NCBI GenBank assembly: GCA_964504875.1 | Contig: CAZDFJ010000011.1 | Coordinates: forward strand, 45 to 64,044 | From: an uncultured Burkholderiales bacterium | Lineage (GTDB): Bacteria > Pseudomonadota > Gammaproteobacteria > Burkholderiales > CAZDFJ01 | Length of the DNA stretch: 64,000 bases | Direction of reading: 5' to 3' | Part shown: piece by piece, positions 17,279 to 26,472 of the stretch | Numbering within the stretch: the first letter of the stretch is position 1 | How the letters are laid out: each line of letters opens with the position of its first letter | Notes under the pieces: generated by a model | The model's input: only the letters and a program-made list of their open reading frames with translations | Told to the model about the DNA's origin: nothing | The model's database searches: none | Program-made: the position numbers and the translations under genes

Positions 17279-19000
17279 TTACTTTTCGGGGGGCGTATCT
17301 TTTTGTTGTAAGCGGGCTGCTTTTTTGGCTTGTGCCCGGGCCACTGCGGCGGCAATCGCTGCTTTTTTCGAATCTTCTTCTTGAGAATGAGCAGGTGGAG
17401 CTGTTTGCATTTGTTCTGCTTTTTTGGCTTGCGCCCGAGCTACCGCGGCGGCAATCGCCGCTTTTTTCGGATCTTCAGATTCGGTAGAAATAGCCATTTC
17501 GCTCGTGGGTGGAGGCGTATCGGGTATTTTTTCCTCAGAAGATGAAACCGCTAAAGTTGGATTCAGGCTTTTCTTAGCCAGGCGTTCGGCTCGTTCTTGT
17601 TTTTCCCGAGCAAGACGATCCTGACGCGCCTCATGTCTTGTTCTGGCGGCATCCGCGAGAGTTTGATTTTGTTTTTGGCTCTTGATTTCGTCTTTAGCAA
17701 AACGGTAATAATCAACAAGGGGAATCTGACTAGGACAAACATAACGACAACATCCACATTCGATACAGTCAAATAAATGAAATTGCTCTGCTTTATCAAA
17801 TTGTTTTGCTTTCGCATACCAATAGAGGTCCATCGGTTGGAGCTCCATAGGACAAGCTTGTGCGCAATGGCCACAACGAATACACGGCATAGCGGGGGCA
17901 GCGGGTGGAAATAAAGTAGGAGACATCGCTAAAATACAATTCGTTGCTTTCACAACAGGCGCGGTGAGGTTGGGTAAAAGCATCCCCATCATGGGTCCTC
18001 CCATGATGACGCGATCCGTATCTGATTTAGCATGGCCTGCAAAATCTAATAGTTTTTCGATAGGTGTTCCTAACGGAATTTCAAGATTGCAGGGGGTGTT
18101 GACGTTGCCTGTAACAGTTACAATTCGGGAAATTAACGGGTGGGCATGAGCAATCGCATCATAAACGGCAAACGCTGTCCCAACATTAAAGCATTGGACA
18201 TGAAAATCTGTAGCGCGTTGTCCAGTAGGGACTTCAATGCCTGTGAGAATTCGAATTAATTGTTTCGCACTTCCAGAAGGATAAAGTGTCGGAATCGGGA
18301 CAATTTCAATTGAAAGAGGTGTTTTTTGTTGCGCTGCGGCAGTAGATAAAGCCTGAATGGCCTCTTGTTTATTTTTTTCAATCCCCACTAAGATTTTATC
18401 AGCGCGCAAAAGATGGGCCAGATAGATTCCGCCCTGTAAAATGGCGTCAGCCTGTGCTTGCATGAGTTGATCATCACATGTAATCCACGGTTCACATTCT
18501 GCACCATTGAGAATAACAGTATTGTGTTCATGCTTAGGACGGGCTTTTATATGAGTAGAAAAAACTGCCCCACCCAACCCAACAATGCCCGCTTGTTGTA
18601 AATAGGTGCCGATTGTTTGGGCATCGGCTCGTTCAAAATCTAAACGGGGATAAGCATAAGGCGTATCTTTTTGGTCTGGTTTGAGAAAAAGACATTCTTG
18701 TGGTAAACCAGAGGGATGCGGCACAATATGTGGACCAATTGCAATAATTTGTCCAGAAGTAGGAGCGTGAATCGGTGTTGAAAAATGATCCGTTATGCGT
18801 GTTAAAGGTTGATATTTTAAAACAAGTTGACCAACTTGCACACATGGAACCCCTGCTGAGCCTGTTCCCTGTTTAAGTGGGAGAATCAATGGATCGGCAA
18901 AAAAATCATTTTTGCGGGCAATTGGGGCGGTAGTTGAACAATTTTTATTTTCTGGAGGATGAACGCCTCCAAAAAAAGAATGAAGCAAGCGAGCAATCAT
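17279..19000 (-). CDS. rnfC: Rnf complex subunit C
   Basis: 573 aa. N-terminus FGGVHPPENK, two ferredoxin-type clusters (CIRCGHCAQACP and CIECGCCRYVCP), and a Lys/Ala-rich repetitive C-terminal tail. Confidence 0.9.
   Translation of the reverse strand: MIARLLHSFFGGVHPPENKNCSTTAPIARKNDFFADPLILPLKQGTGSAGVPCVQVGQLVLKYQPLTRITDHFSTPIHAPTSGQIIAIGPHIVPHPSGLPQECLFLKPDQKDTPYAYPRLDFERADAQTIGTYLQQAGIVGLGGAVFSTHIKARPKHEHNTVILNGAECEPWITCDDQLMQAQADAILQGGIYLAHLLRADKILVGIEKNKQEAIQALSTAAAQQKTPLSIEIVPIPTLYPSGSAKQLIRILTGIEVPTGQRATDFHVQCFNVGTAFAVYDAIAHAHPLISRIVTVTGNVNTPCNLEIPLGTPIEKLLDFAGHAKSDTDRVIMGGPMMGMLLPNLTAPVVKATNCILAMSPTLFPPAAPAMPCIRCGHCAQACPMELQPMDLYWYAKAKQFDKAEQFHLFDCIECGCCRYVCPSQIPLVDYYRFAKDEIKSQKQNQTLADAARTRHEARQDRLAREKQERAERLAKKSLNPTLAVSSSEEKIPDTPPPTSEMAISTESEDPKKAAIAAAVARAQAKKAEQMQTAPPAHSQEEDSKKAAIAAAVARAQAKKAARLQQKDTPPEK
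17317..17476 (-). repeat. In-frame direct duplication in the rnfC 3' region
   Basis: Two ~60-nt near-identical copies starting at 17317 and 17416 (period 99 nt, 33 codons) encode KKAAIAAAVARAQAKKA twice. They also generate spurious antisense ORFs. Confidence 0.8.
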
Positions 19001-19389
19001 GATTTTTTAATATCAATTGAAAAAAAAACTTATGGTATGTCGATTATTTAATGAAGTCAATGTTTTAAAAAATAATTCCCTGAAAAGAAGGACGTCTTTT
19101 TTGTGTCTGCAATAAAGAACATTTATTTGAAACTAAAAGAGTGATTCATTTAAAAGATTTTTTCTTCAAATTGTCTTAACTTGACAGACCGAATTGAAAT
19201 TAGTAGACTGAAAATCTTCTTCAATTGGAAAAAAAGCACTCTATAAATGGCCTATTTTTCTTAAAGAAATCGGGTTCATTCAGGTTAAAAGTGAAAAAAT
19301 AATCTTATTGTTTTGTTTTTCTTAACGTATTTGGATAAATTTATTGTGCATTGCACTATAAATAGTGCCAATTTATGTCAAAATGAGAT

Positions 19390-19421
19390 AAAAAACTCAA
19401 GCAAAATCGGACCGGCTTGAG
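19390..19421 (-). terminator. Orphan intrinsic-terminator-like hairpin in the rnfC upstream region
   Basis: Stem ctcaagc (19396-19402) / gcttgag (19415-19421), 12-nt loop. On the minus strand it is followed by a 6-nt U-run (A-run 19390-19395 on +). No annotated minus-strand gene ends here. Confidence 0.45.
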
Positions 19422-19649
19422 TGAATCAATAAAATTCATTGTGAAGCTTAAAAATCAATTGAATTGCAATAAAAAAATATGAAATAATAAAGCCCACATG
19501 ATCTTAAATCATGTTGTATGATTGAATAAAAATAAAATGAAGATTGCTATTCATATGTTCCTTTTTTATTGAAAAGACATATGAAAACGTGAGGATCACA
19601 GTTTGGTGTACCTTTGTGATTTGATGTCATTTGTATGTTATTGGCCTGT

Positions 19650-19679
19650 TTAATAAATAACAAATGATGAGGATGTCAA
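19650..19679 (-). promoter_or_regulatory. Sigma70-like promoter candidate (minus strand)
   Basis: Minus-strand TTGACA (19679->19674), a 17-18 nt spacer, then TTATTA/TATTAA (19656->19650). It points toward the orphan terminator about 230 nt downstream and toward rnfC. Confidence 0.25.
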
Positions 19680-19717
19680 CATTAATACAAACACACTCCC
19701 TATAGGAATTCGCGACT

Positions 19718-20170
19718 ATGGATATTCGCAACGTTCTTGAAGCAAAAAATATCAAAACTGTTTTTAGCACGCGTCCTGATGCATTGGTTTCGGATGCAGT
19801 AGATGATATGGTGACGCGCGATATTGGTTCTATTTTGGTGATGCAAGACGATAAAATGGTTGGTTTAGTTACATTACGTGATATCGTGCGCGCGCTCAAA
19901 GAAAAAGGCAAAGATTTATTAGATGCAAGAGTTGAATCAATTATGAAGCCCGATCCGGTGACTGCAAAGCCTACTACTTCGATTGATGAAATTCGCAGTT
20001 TAATGATTCAACATCATGTGAGTCATGTTCCTATTATGGAAGAAGAGAAACTCATTGGCGTCGTTTCTTTCTTTGATGTGGCGCGCACTGTTTTGAGCGA
20101 AACAAAATTTGAAAATGAATTGCTCAAACGCTATATTCGGAATTGGCCTGAAGAACAAGAACAAAAATAA
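19718..20170 (+). CDS. CBS-domain pair protein
   Basis: 150 aa with two CBS-type repeats (IGSILVMQDDKMVGLVTLRDIV and HHVSHVPIMEEEKLIGVVSFFDV). Confidence 0.8.
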   Translation: MDIRNVLEAKNIKTVFSTRPDALVSDAVDDMVTRDIGSILVMQDDKMVGLVTLRDIVRALKEKGKDLLDARVESIMKPDPVTAKPTTSIDEIRSLMIQHHVSHVPIMEEEKLIGVVSFFDVARTVLSETKFENELLKRYIRNWPEEQEQK

Positions 20171-20308
20171 AAAAATGGGACGGGACCGCGCATTATTGTA
20201 AAAAATAATTACTAATTTAAAATCATTCTATTCATGACGCGTTTTTTGCCAAAAAACTCAATGTGACATAAAAAGACATTTTTTTGCGCGAAACCAATTA
20301 ATTAAGAT

Positions 20309-20342
20309 GCCCGCCAAACCAGCGTTCGCGGGCGTTTTTTTT
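20309..20342 (+). terminator. Intrinsic terminator 140 nt downstream of the CBS gene
   Basis: GC stem gcccgc (20309-20314) / gcgggc (20328-20333), 13-nt loop, then an 8-nt T-run (20335-20342). Confidence 0.6.
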
Positions 20343-20449
20343 ATGATAAACAATTTTACTTTTTCTAAAATAATCTACTACGCTTATCTGTAAGTAATCA
20401 ACAATAAAATCAAGTAGAGATTATTATTTTTCATTTAGATTAAAACATT

Positions 20450-20866
20450 ATGCCTAGAAAAAAAATTGAAGGATTGCATCAAGATTACACAATGGATCTC
20501 ACTGTAGAAACCTGTTATTTACCCGATCATTCTGATGAAGAAGAAAAAAAGTTTACTTTTTCATATAAAATTAATATTAAAAATACAGGGAAAATAGGGG
20601 CCCGTTTGATGACACGTCATTGGTTTATTACAGAAGGAGAAAATGAACTAGGGGAACATGATGTGAAAGAAATCAAAGGCGAGGGCGTTGTTGGAGAACA
20701 TCCCCATCTTTATCCTGGTGAAGAATTTGAATATACCAGTCATGCTGTAGTAAATTCGCCGGTTGCGAGCATGGAGGGGGCCTATTCTTTTATTGCTGAC
20801 GATGGATCAGAATTTGATGCGCCGATTCCTCGTTTTATTCTCAGCATGCCCAGAACAGTACACTGA
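20450..20866 (+). CDS. apaG: ApaG (DUF525) protein
   Basis: 138 aa with FTFSYKINIKNTG, RHWFITEG, GEGVVGEHPHLYPGEEFEYTS and MEGAYSF blocks matching the ApaG pattern. The start may be the internal Met 14 codons downstream. Confidence 0.85.
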   Translation: MPRKKIEGLHQDYTMDLTVETCYLPDHSDEEEKKFTFSYKINIKNTGKIGARLMTRHWFITEGENELGEHDVKEIKGEGVVGEHPHLYPGEEFEYTSHAVVNSPVASMEGAYSFIADDGSEFDAPIPRFILSMPRTVH

Positions 20867-20952
20867 TGCAATATGTATTACATTATTGATCTATTTTTGT
20901 AACAAGAATGCTTTCCTTTGGTTTTGAGTAAGCAATCAAATGGACAGATCAT

Positions 20953-21597
20953 ATGAAACGTTTTAGTTATTTAAATACTCACTTTTTTGAACGGCCCACG
21001 CTGAAAGTCGCAGAAGATTTGTTAGGATGCGTTTTATGTCGGCAAACACCACAGGGGGTTGTCCAACATTTGATCGTAGAAGTTGAAGCATATCTTAATG
21101 AAAATGCGACTCATACAGAAAAAAAAGACAAGGTGATTCCTGAAGAAGAATTGTTTCAAAGTTCATTGCAACAATTTATTTCTCCTCCAAAAACAAATCA
21201 TTATTTATATTTGATTTATGGAATGTCTCATTGCTTAAGTGTTGTGACACGTGTCGATCCCTGTCCTGCAACGATTTTGATTCGAGCGATTGCCCCATTA
21301 CCTAAAAATTTTGAGGTTACCGATCCGTATCATCTTAAGCATCGATTGCATACCGTTCATGCGGCCCAAGATATTCGGTATCTGTCTCCTTCAGATAAAA
21401 TTGCGCGACATTTAAACTTGGCTCGTGCGGGAGATTTATTTATCTTAAATCGAATTATCACACCGCAAAAAATTATTAAAACCCCTCGCGTCAATTTTAC
21501 GCAGACAAAAGAAAAATGTAGTTATTTATGGCGTTTTTATTTTGATCCTACAGGGGTTTTTCCCTCAGAGACAACGCATGATATTTTCTCAGTTTGA
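20953..21597 (+). CDS. Divergent DNA-3-methyladenine glycosylase (Mpg/AAG family)
   Basis: 214 aa with FFERPTLKVAEDLLGCVL, IVEVEAY, ILIRAIAP, PRVNF and WRFY blocks colinear with the Mpg/AAG family. The segment after EAY is replaced or expanded. The 3' end overlaps the lolC start by 20 nt. Confidence 0.6.
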   Translation: MKRFSYLNTHFFERPTLKVAEDLLGCVLCRQTPQGVVQHLIVEVEAYLNENATHTEKKDKVIPEEELFQSSLQQFISPPKTNHYLYLIYGMSHCLSVVTRVDPCPATILIRAIAPLPKNFEVTDPYHLKHRLHTVHAAQDIRYLSPSDKIARHLNLARAGDLFILNRIITPQKIIKTPRVNFTQTKEKCSYLWRFYFDPTGVFPSETTHDIFSV

Positions 21598-22840
21598 ATT
21601 ACTAATTGGTTGGCGATATACCCGCACAAAACGGAAAAGTCATTTTATTTCATTTATTTCGCTGATTTCAATGTTGGGCATTATGTTAGGTGTCACCGCA
21701 TTAATTGTGGTGCTTTCTGTCATGAATGGTTTTCAAAAAGAATTACGAACACGGATTTTAGGTGTGGCCGCACACTTGCAGATTACAGGTCCGAATGATC
21801 GTCTCAATGATTGGCAGCACGTGCAATCTTTTTTAGTCCGTCAACCCATTTTGAAAAAAGAAATGCAAGGCGTTGCCCCTTATGTTTTGGCTCAAGGGAT
21901 GCTTTCATTTGGCAATACAGTACGCGGTACGGTTGTACGAGGGATTTTGCCGCGTGCAGAAAAAACTGTAGCGGATGTACACCAACATATGAAAGCAGGC
22001 ACGTTTGATAGCTTAGAAGCAGGATTATTTCATATTGTATTAGGTAAAGAATTAGCCGATTCTTTGGGAGTCTTTGTAGGAGATAAAGTGGTTTTAATCG
22101 CCCCTCAAGGACAGGTGACGCCCGCAGGTATTTTACCGCGGTTAAAACAATTTACAGTCACTGGAATTTTCCAAGTTGGCATGTACGAATATGATGCAAG
22201 TCTCGCATTAATTCATCTTCAGGATGCCCAAAAGTTATACAAAATGCAAGATAACATCTCTGGTTTACGTTTTAAATTAAATGATCTTTTTGCTGCACCT
22301 CTGCTTTCCCAAAAACTAATGGATCAGTTGCCTTCTTGGTTATATGTCTCAGATTGGTCACGTCAACATGCGAATTTTTTTCGGGCGGTTCAAATTGAAA
22401 AAAATGTCATGTTTATTATTTTGACACTGATTGTGGCTGTTGCTGCCTTTAATATTGTCTCCACACTGGTCATGGTTGTGACAGATAAGCAAGCAGACAT
22501 CGCAATTTTAAGAACATTAGGGGCCTCGCCGCGTAGTATTTTATTCATTTTTTTAGTACAAGGTGTCTCCATTGGCGTGATTGGGACGTTATTAGGGATT
22601 TTAGGCGGGGTGAGTTTAGCTTTAAATGTAGATACTGTTGTACCTGCAATAGAGCATTTATTTGGCATTCAATTTTTAGCAAAAGATGTGTATTATATTA
22701 CTGAGCTGCCTTCAGATTTACAATGGCAGGATGTGGCTATAATCGGATGTGTTTCTTTTGGTCTAAGTTTATTGGCAACAATTTATCCAAGTTGGCGGGC
22801 GGCGCATTTGGCTCCTGCAGAGGCGCTACGTTATGAATAA
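21578..22840 (+). CDS. lolC: Lipoprotein-release ABC transporter permease (LolC/E family; the only permease gene next to lolD)
   Basis: [31 protein letters not shown]-terminus, MacB-like periplasmic domain and C-terminal FtsX-type TM bundle, followed by lolD. I moved the start to the ATG at 21578; the ORF track gives 21542. Confidence 0.85.
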   Translation: MIFSQFELLIGWRYTRTKRKSHFISFISLISMLGIMLGVTALIVVLSVMNGFQKELRTRILGVAAHLQITGPNDRLNDWQHVQSFLVRQPILKKEMQGVAPYVLAQGMLSFGNTVRGTVVRGILPRAEKTVADVHQHMKAGTFDSLEAGLFHIVLGKELADSLGVFVGDKVVLIAPQGQVTPAGILPRLKQFTVTGIFQVGMYEYDASLALIHLQDAQKLYKMQDNISGLRFKLNDLFAAPLLSQKLMDQLPSWLYVSDWSRQHANFFRAVQIEKNVMFIILTLIVAVAAFNIVSTLVMVVTDKQADIAILRTLGASPRSILFIFLVQGVSIGVIGTLLGILGGVSLALNVDTVVPAIEHLFGIQFLAKDVYYITELPSDLQWQDVAIIGCVSFGLSLLATIYPSWRAAHLAPAEALRYE

Positions 22841-23528
22841 TGAACTCATTTTGTCTTGTCAGCAACTGACAAAAATTTATGATAGTCAAAAAGATCATCC
22901 TGTTGAAGTCTTTAAAAATATTGATTTTTCTTTGGAGAAGGGAGAGCAAGTTGCCATTATTGGGGCCTCCGGCTCGGGAAAAAGTACGTTATTGCATTTA
23001 TTGGGCGGGTTGGATATTCCGACAACAGGAAAGGTTTTTCTTCAATCCCAAGATTTTTATGCGCAATCTGAAAGTATTCGAGGGCAGTGGCGGAATCAAT
23101 ATTTAGGCTTTGTTTATCAATTTCATCATTTGTTGAGTGAATTTACTGCGCTAGAAAATGTTGCCTTACCCTTGCTGATTCGCCGAATGCCTCAAAAAAA
23201 GGCCCTTGAAAAAGCCCAGATATTATTAGAATCAGTGGGATTAGGAAAACGGCTTGAACATTATCCGGCCCAGCTTTCTGGGGGCGAGCGCCAACGTGCT
23301 GCGATTGCCCGTGCCCTTGTGACCGAACCGGCTTGTGTGCTTGCAGATGAACCAACAGGAAATTTAGATCATCAAACAGCCCAGCAAGTTATTGATTTAA
23401 TGTTAGAATTAAATTTGCGTTTACAAACAAGTTTGCTGATTGTCACGCATGATTTAGAAATTGCCAATAAAATGCAAAAAATTTATAAATTATATGAAAA
23501 TCAACTCACGCCAATGCATACATTATGA
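22833..23528 (+). CDS. lolD: Lipoprotein-release ABC transporter ATP-binding protein
   Basis: 231 aa with Walker [10 protein letters not shown], signature LSGGERQR and Walker [12 protein letters not shown]. It overlaps the lolC stop by 8 nt. Confidence 0.9.
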   Translation: MNNELILSCQQLTKIYDSQKDHPVEVFKNIDFSLEKGEQVAIIGASGSGKSTLLHLLGGLDIPTTGKVFLQSQDFYAQSESIRGQWRNQYLGFVYQFHHLLSEFTALENVALPLLIRRMPQKKALEKAQILLESVGLGKRLEHYPAQLSGGERQRAAIARALVTEPACVLADEPTGNLDHQTAQQVIDLMLELNLRLQTSLLIVTHDLEIANKMQKIYKLYENQLTPMHTL

Positions 23529-23572
23529 CACTGTTTTTGGCATACAACTAAAATTCTTATTTTTCTTTATTT

Positions 23573-24232
23573 ATGATTGTTTTTAAACAAGTCAGTAAAG
23601 TCTATCCAAATGGATTTGAGGCACTCAGAGATGTGAGCTTTGAAATTCCTCGCGGAGAACTTGTCTTTATTACAGGGCATTCTGGGGCAGGTAAAAGCAC
23701 TTTATTGAAACTCATTGCCGCGATTGATAAACCAACAAAGGGACAAGTACATCTTAATGGCCAAAATATTAGCAAATTAGACAAAGCGGCCGTCCCTTTT
23801 CTAAGACGCAATATTGGTTTTATTTTTCAAGACCATAAATTATTATTTAATCAAACTGTCTTAGAAAATGTTTTATTACCCTTAAAAATTAGTGGTATTA
23901 ATGATCACGAGAGCCTTGAACGCGCAAAATTGGCATTAGATCGGGTAGGTTTGATTGATAAAGCCCATTATTCCCCTGTGATGCTTTCTGGGGGCGAGCA
24001 ACAACGTCTTTGCATTGCGCGGGCTGTCGTCAACAAACCCAAGTTATTATTAGCGGATGAACCAACTGGACATTTAGATCTAGAATATGCGTTGGACATT
24101 ATGCAAATTTTCTTTTCATTTAATGAAGTTGGAGTCACGGTTTTGATCTCCACACATGATGATTCCATTTTGAAGCGTTTTTCCCAACGGCGTTTAATTT
24201 TAAGTCATGGACAAATTATTTCAGATCATTAA
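23573..24232 (+). CDS. ftsE: Cell-division ABC ATPase FtsE
   Basis: 219 aa with GHSGAGKSTLLKLI, LSGGEQQR and LLADEPTGHLD motifs, followed by ftsX. Confidence 0.9.
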   Translation: MIVFKQVSKVYPNGFEALRDVSFEIPRGELVFITGHSGAGKSTLLKLIAAIDKPTKGQVHLNGQNISKLDKAAVPFLRRNIGFIFQDHKLLFNQTVLENVLLPLKISGINDHESLERAKLALDRVGLIDKAHYSPVMLSGGEQQRLCIARAVVNKPKLLLADEPTGHLDLEYALDIMQIFFSFNEVGVTVLISTHDDSILKRFSQRRLILSHGQIISDH

Positions 24233-25238
24233 TCAAGTAAAGCAATTGTTTTTATGGGGTACAAAAAAAGAAAAATCATTACCCTTTCCGGCAGGAAATG
24301 CGCCCCATCCTAAAAAAAATATGGGATTTTCACGTTGGAAAAAACATGCACATGGTTTAGCTCGCGGCGGACAACATTTTTTTAGAATGCCATTACAGAG
24401 TTTATTTAACTCTTTAGTCATTGGTTTGGTTTTGAGTATTCCCGCCGCGGTGTATCTTGTTTTTGATAATTTTACCCAAGCTATTGATTTTAATAAAAAT
24501 TTACCGCATATTAGTGTTTATTTAGATATTACTGCCTCTAATACGGATATTGATCAAATTAAAGAACGCTTGCAAAATATGCCTTCTATTGCGACTTTTC
24601 GTTTTGTCAGCAAAGAACAAGCACTCTCAGAACTTGAATCTGAATTAAAAATGAGTGATTTGATGTCGTCGTTGGAGATTAATCCGCTTCCGGATGCTTT
24701 TGTTTTGACACCTAAATCGACTCAATTGGGACAATTAGAACAACTTGCGTTAGAGCTGAAAAAAATTCAGCGGGTAGCAGATGTCCAACTGGACACAATT
24801 TGGACAAAGCATTTAGATGCTTTTTTAGATATTGGAAGACAAGTTAGTTTATTTAGTAGTTTACTTTTGAGTGGGTTAGTTTTAGTGGTCATTGGTAACA
24901 CGATTCATTTACAGATTTTAGCGCGGCGAGAAGAAATAGAAGTCTGTCTATTAATGGGTGCAGATTATCAATTTATTCAACGCCCTTTTGTCTATTTTGG
25001 GATTGTCCAAGGATTTTTTGGCGGTCTTCTTGCGGTTTTAACTATTCAAATCGGCGGGTATTATTTACATCAAAGTGTCATGCGTATTATTGATGCATAT
25101 AAATTATCAATTCATCTCAATTTATTAAGTCTCTCTGATATGATGGGACTTGTTTTATTTGCCTGCGTACTCGGAGCGGTTGGAGCTTATCTTTCCGTGA
25201 TTCGTAATGTGCGCTTAATCGAAAAAGAATTAGAATAA
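24207..25238 (+). CDS. ftsX: Cell-division permease-like protein FtsX
   Basis: 343-aa ORF with a TM, a periplasmic domain (ISVYLD...FVSKEQAL...NPLPDAF) and three C-terminal TM segments. It overlaps ftsE by 26 nt. An alternative ATG lies at 24321. Confidence 0.85.
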   Translation: MDKLFQIINQVKQLFLWGTKKEKSLPFPAGNAPHPKKNMGFSRWKKHAHGLARGGQHFFRMPLQSLFNSLVIGLVLSIPAAVYLVFDNFTQAIDFNKNLPHISVYLDITASNTDIDQIKERLQNMPSIATFRFVSKEQALSELESELKMSDLMSSLEINPLPDAFVLTPKSTQLGQLEQLALELKKIQRVADVQLDTIWTKHLDAFLDIGRQVSLFSSLLLSGLVLVVIGNTIHLQILARREEIEVCLLMGADYQFIQRPFVYFGIVQGFFGGLLAVLTIQIGGYYLHQSVMRIIDAYKLSIHLNLLSLSDMMGLVLFACVLGAVGAYLSVIRNVRLIEKELE

Positions 25239-25275
25239 AATTTATTTAAAATTGATCAAAATTTAGGTTAGAAAT

Positions 25276-26364
25276 ATGTCAAAAAAAGCACGAGTGATTG
25301 TAGGTCTTTCAGGGGGCGTGGATTCAACCGTATCCGCTTATTTGTTAAAACAACAAGGTTATGAAGTCATCGGCTTGTTTATGAAAAATTGGGAAGATGA
25401 TGATGACGGTGAATATTGTCCGTACAAAAAAGATTTGCAAGACGTGATTGCCATTTCTGACCAGATTGGGATTGATGTTGAGGGAGCCAATTTTGCTCAA
25501 GAATATCGTGATCGGGTGTTTAGTTATTTCTTAAAAGAGTATCAAGCAGGACGGACGCCCAATCCCGATATTTTATGTAATAGTGAAATCAAATTTGATG
25601 TATTTTTAAAATATGCGATGACATTAGGGGCCGATTTTATTGCGACAGGGCATTATGCCCAAGTGCGGGCGGTCAAAAATGCAAGTAATAAAACCTCTTA
25701 TCAATTATTAAAAGCAGAAGATGGCACGAAAGATCAAAGTTATTTTTTATACCGCCTGAATCAAGAGCAATTAGCACAAACAATTTTTCCATTAGGGAAG
25801 TTATATAAACGTGAGGTGCGACAAATTGCCCAAGAGCAAGGTTTCGTAAATTATGCTAAAAAAGACAGTACAGGAATTTGTTTTATTGGGGAACGCCCGT
25901 TTCGAGAATTTTTAGAACGGTATTTACCCAAAACACCTGGACAAATGGTGACGCCAGAAGGAAAACCTGTTGGAACACATCAAGGTTTAGCCTATTATAC
26001 GATTGGACAACGTCAAGGTTTAGGCATTGGTGGCGCCGGGGATCCATGGTATGTTGTACAGAAAGATATGCATCATAATCAGCTTATTGTTGCGCAAGGA
26101 CATGATCATCCAGCACTTTATCGGCACACTGTTGAAGCAGAACAAATGCATTGGATCAGTGGTGAGCTGCCATTATTACAACGTGTGCTCAGTGCAAAAA
26201 ATCGTTATCGACAAAGCGATCAACCTTGCACGATTCATTCATTAGAGAAAGAAACGGGAACCTTTTCGACTGATTTTGCTGAACCACAATGGGCCATCAC
26301 TTCAGGCCAATCTATTGTTGTTTATGACAGTCAAGTTTGTTTAGGTGGGGGAATTATTCGTTAG
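25276..26364 (+). CDS. mnmA: tRNA 2-thiouridine(34) synthase
   Basis: 362 aa with the PP-loop [21 protein letters not shown] and KDQSYFL blocks typical of MnmA. Confidence 0.9.
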   Translation: MSKKARVIVGLSGGVDSTVSAYLLKQQGYEVIGLFMKNWEDDDDGEYCPYKKDLQDVIAISDQIGIDVEGANFAQEYRDRVFSYFLKEYQAGRTPNPDILCNSEIKFDVFLKYAMTLGADFIATGHYAQVRAVKNASNKTSYQLLKAEDGTKDQSYFLYRLNQEQLAQTIFPLGKLYKREVRQIAQEQGFVNYAKKDSTGICFIGERPFREFLERYLPKTPGQMVTPEGKPVGTHQGLAYYTIGQRQGLGIGGAGDPWYVVQKDMHHNQLIVAQGHDHPALYRHTVEAEQMHWISGELPLLQRVLSAKNRYRQSDQPCTIHSLEKETGTFSTDFAEPQWAITSGQSIVVYDSQVCLGGGIIR

Positions 26365-26472
26365 TTTCCTATATTTTTTGACTTTGGTCGAATATCTGTT
26401 TTTGTTTTATATTAAGTTAGATTATTATATTATCTTTTGTGCGTTTCATTCTTTTCGATAAAGAAGGCAAAA

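Noticed and set aside
17263-17624. Three plus-strand ORFs (66-74 aa) antisense to the rnfC 3' end
   Set aside because: They are generated by the in-frame 99-nt-period duplication encoding the Lys/Ala-rich RnfC tail. Their repetitive Arg/Phe-rich translations mark them as shadow ORFs.
19595-19620. atcaca-N14-tgtgat inverted repeat reminiscent of a CRP/FNR-type site in the rnfC upstream region
   Set aside because: The half-site orientation and 14-nt spacing do not match the TGTGA-N6-TCACA consensus. A 6-bp arm is expected by chance in 700 bp of AT-rich DNA.
19627-19911. 94-aa minus-strand ORF overlapping the start of the CBS-domain gene
   Set aside because: It overlaps a gene with clear CBS repeats. 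It has no ribosome-binding site or motif. It is mentioned only because it lies upstream of the orphan terminator at 19390-19421.
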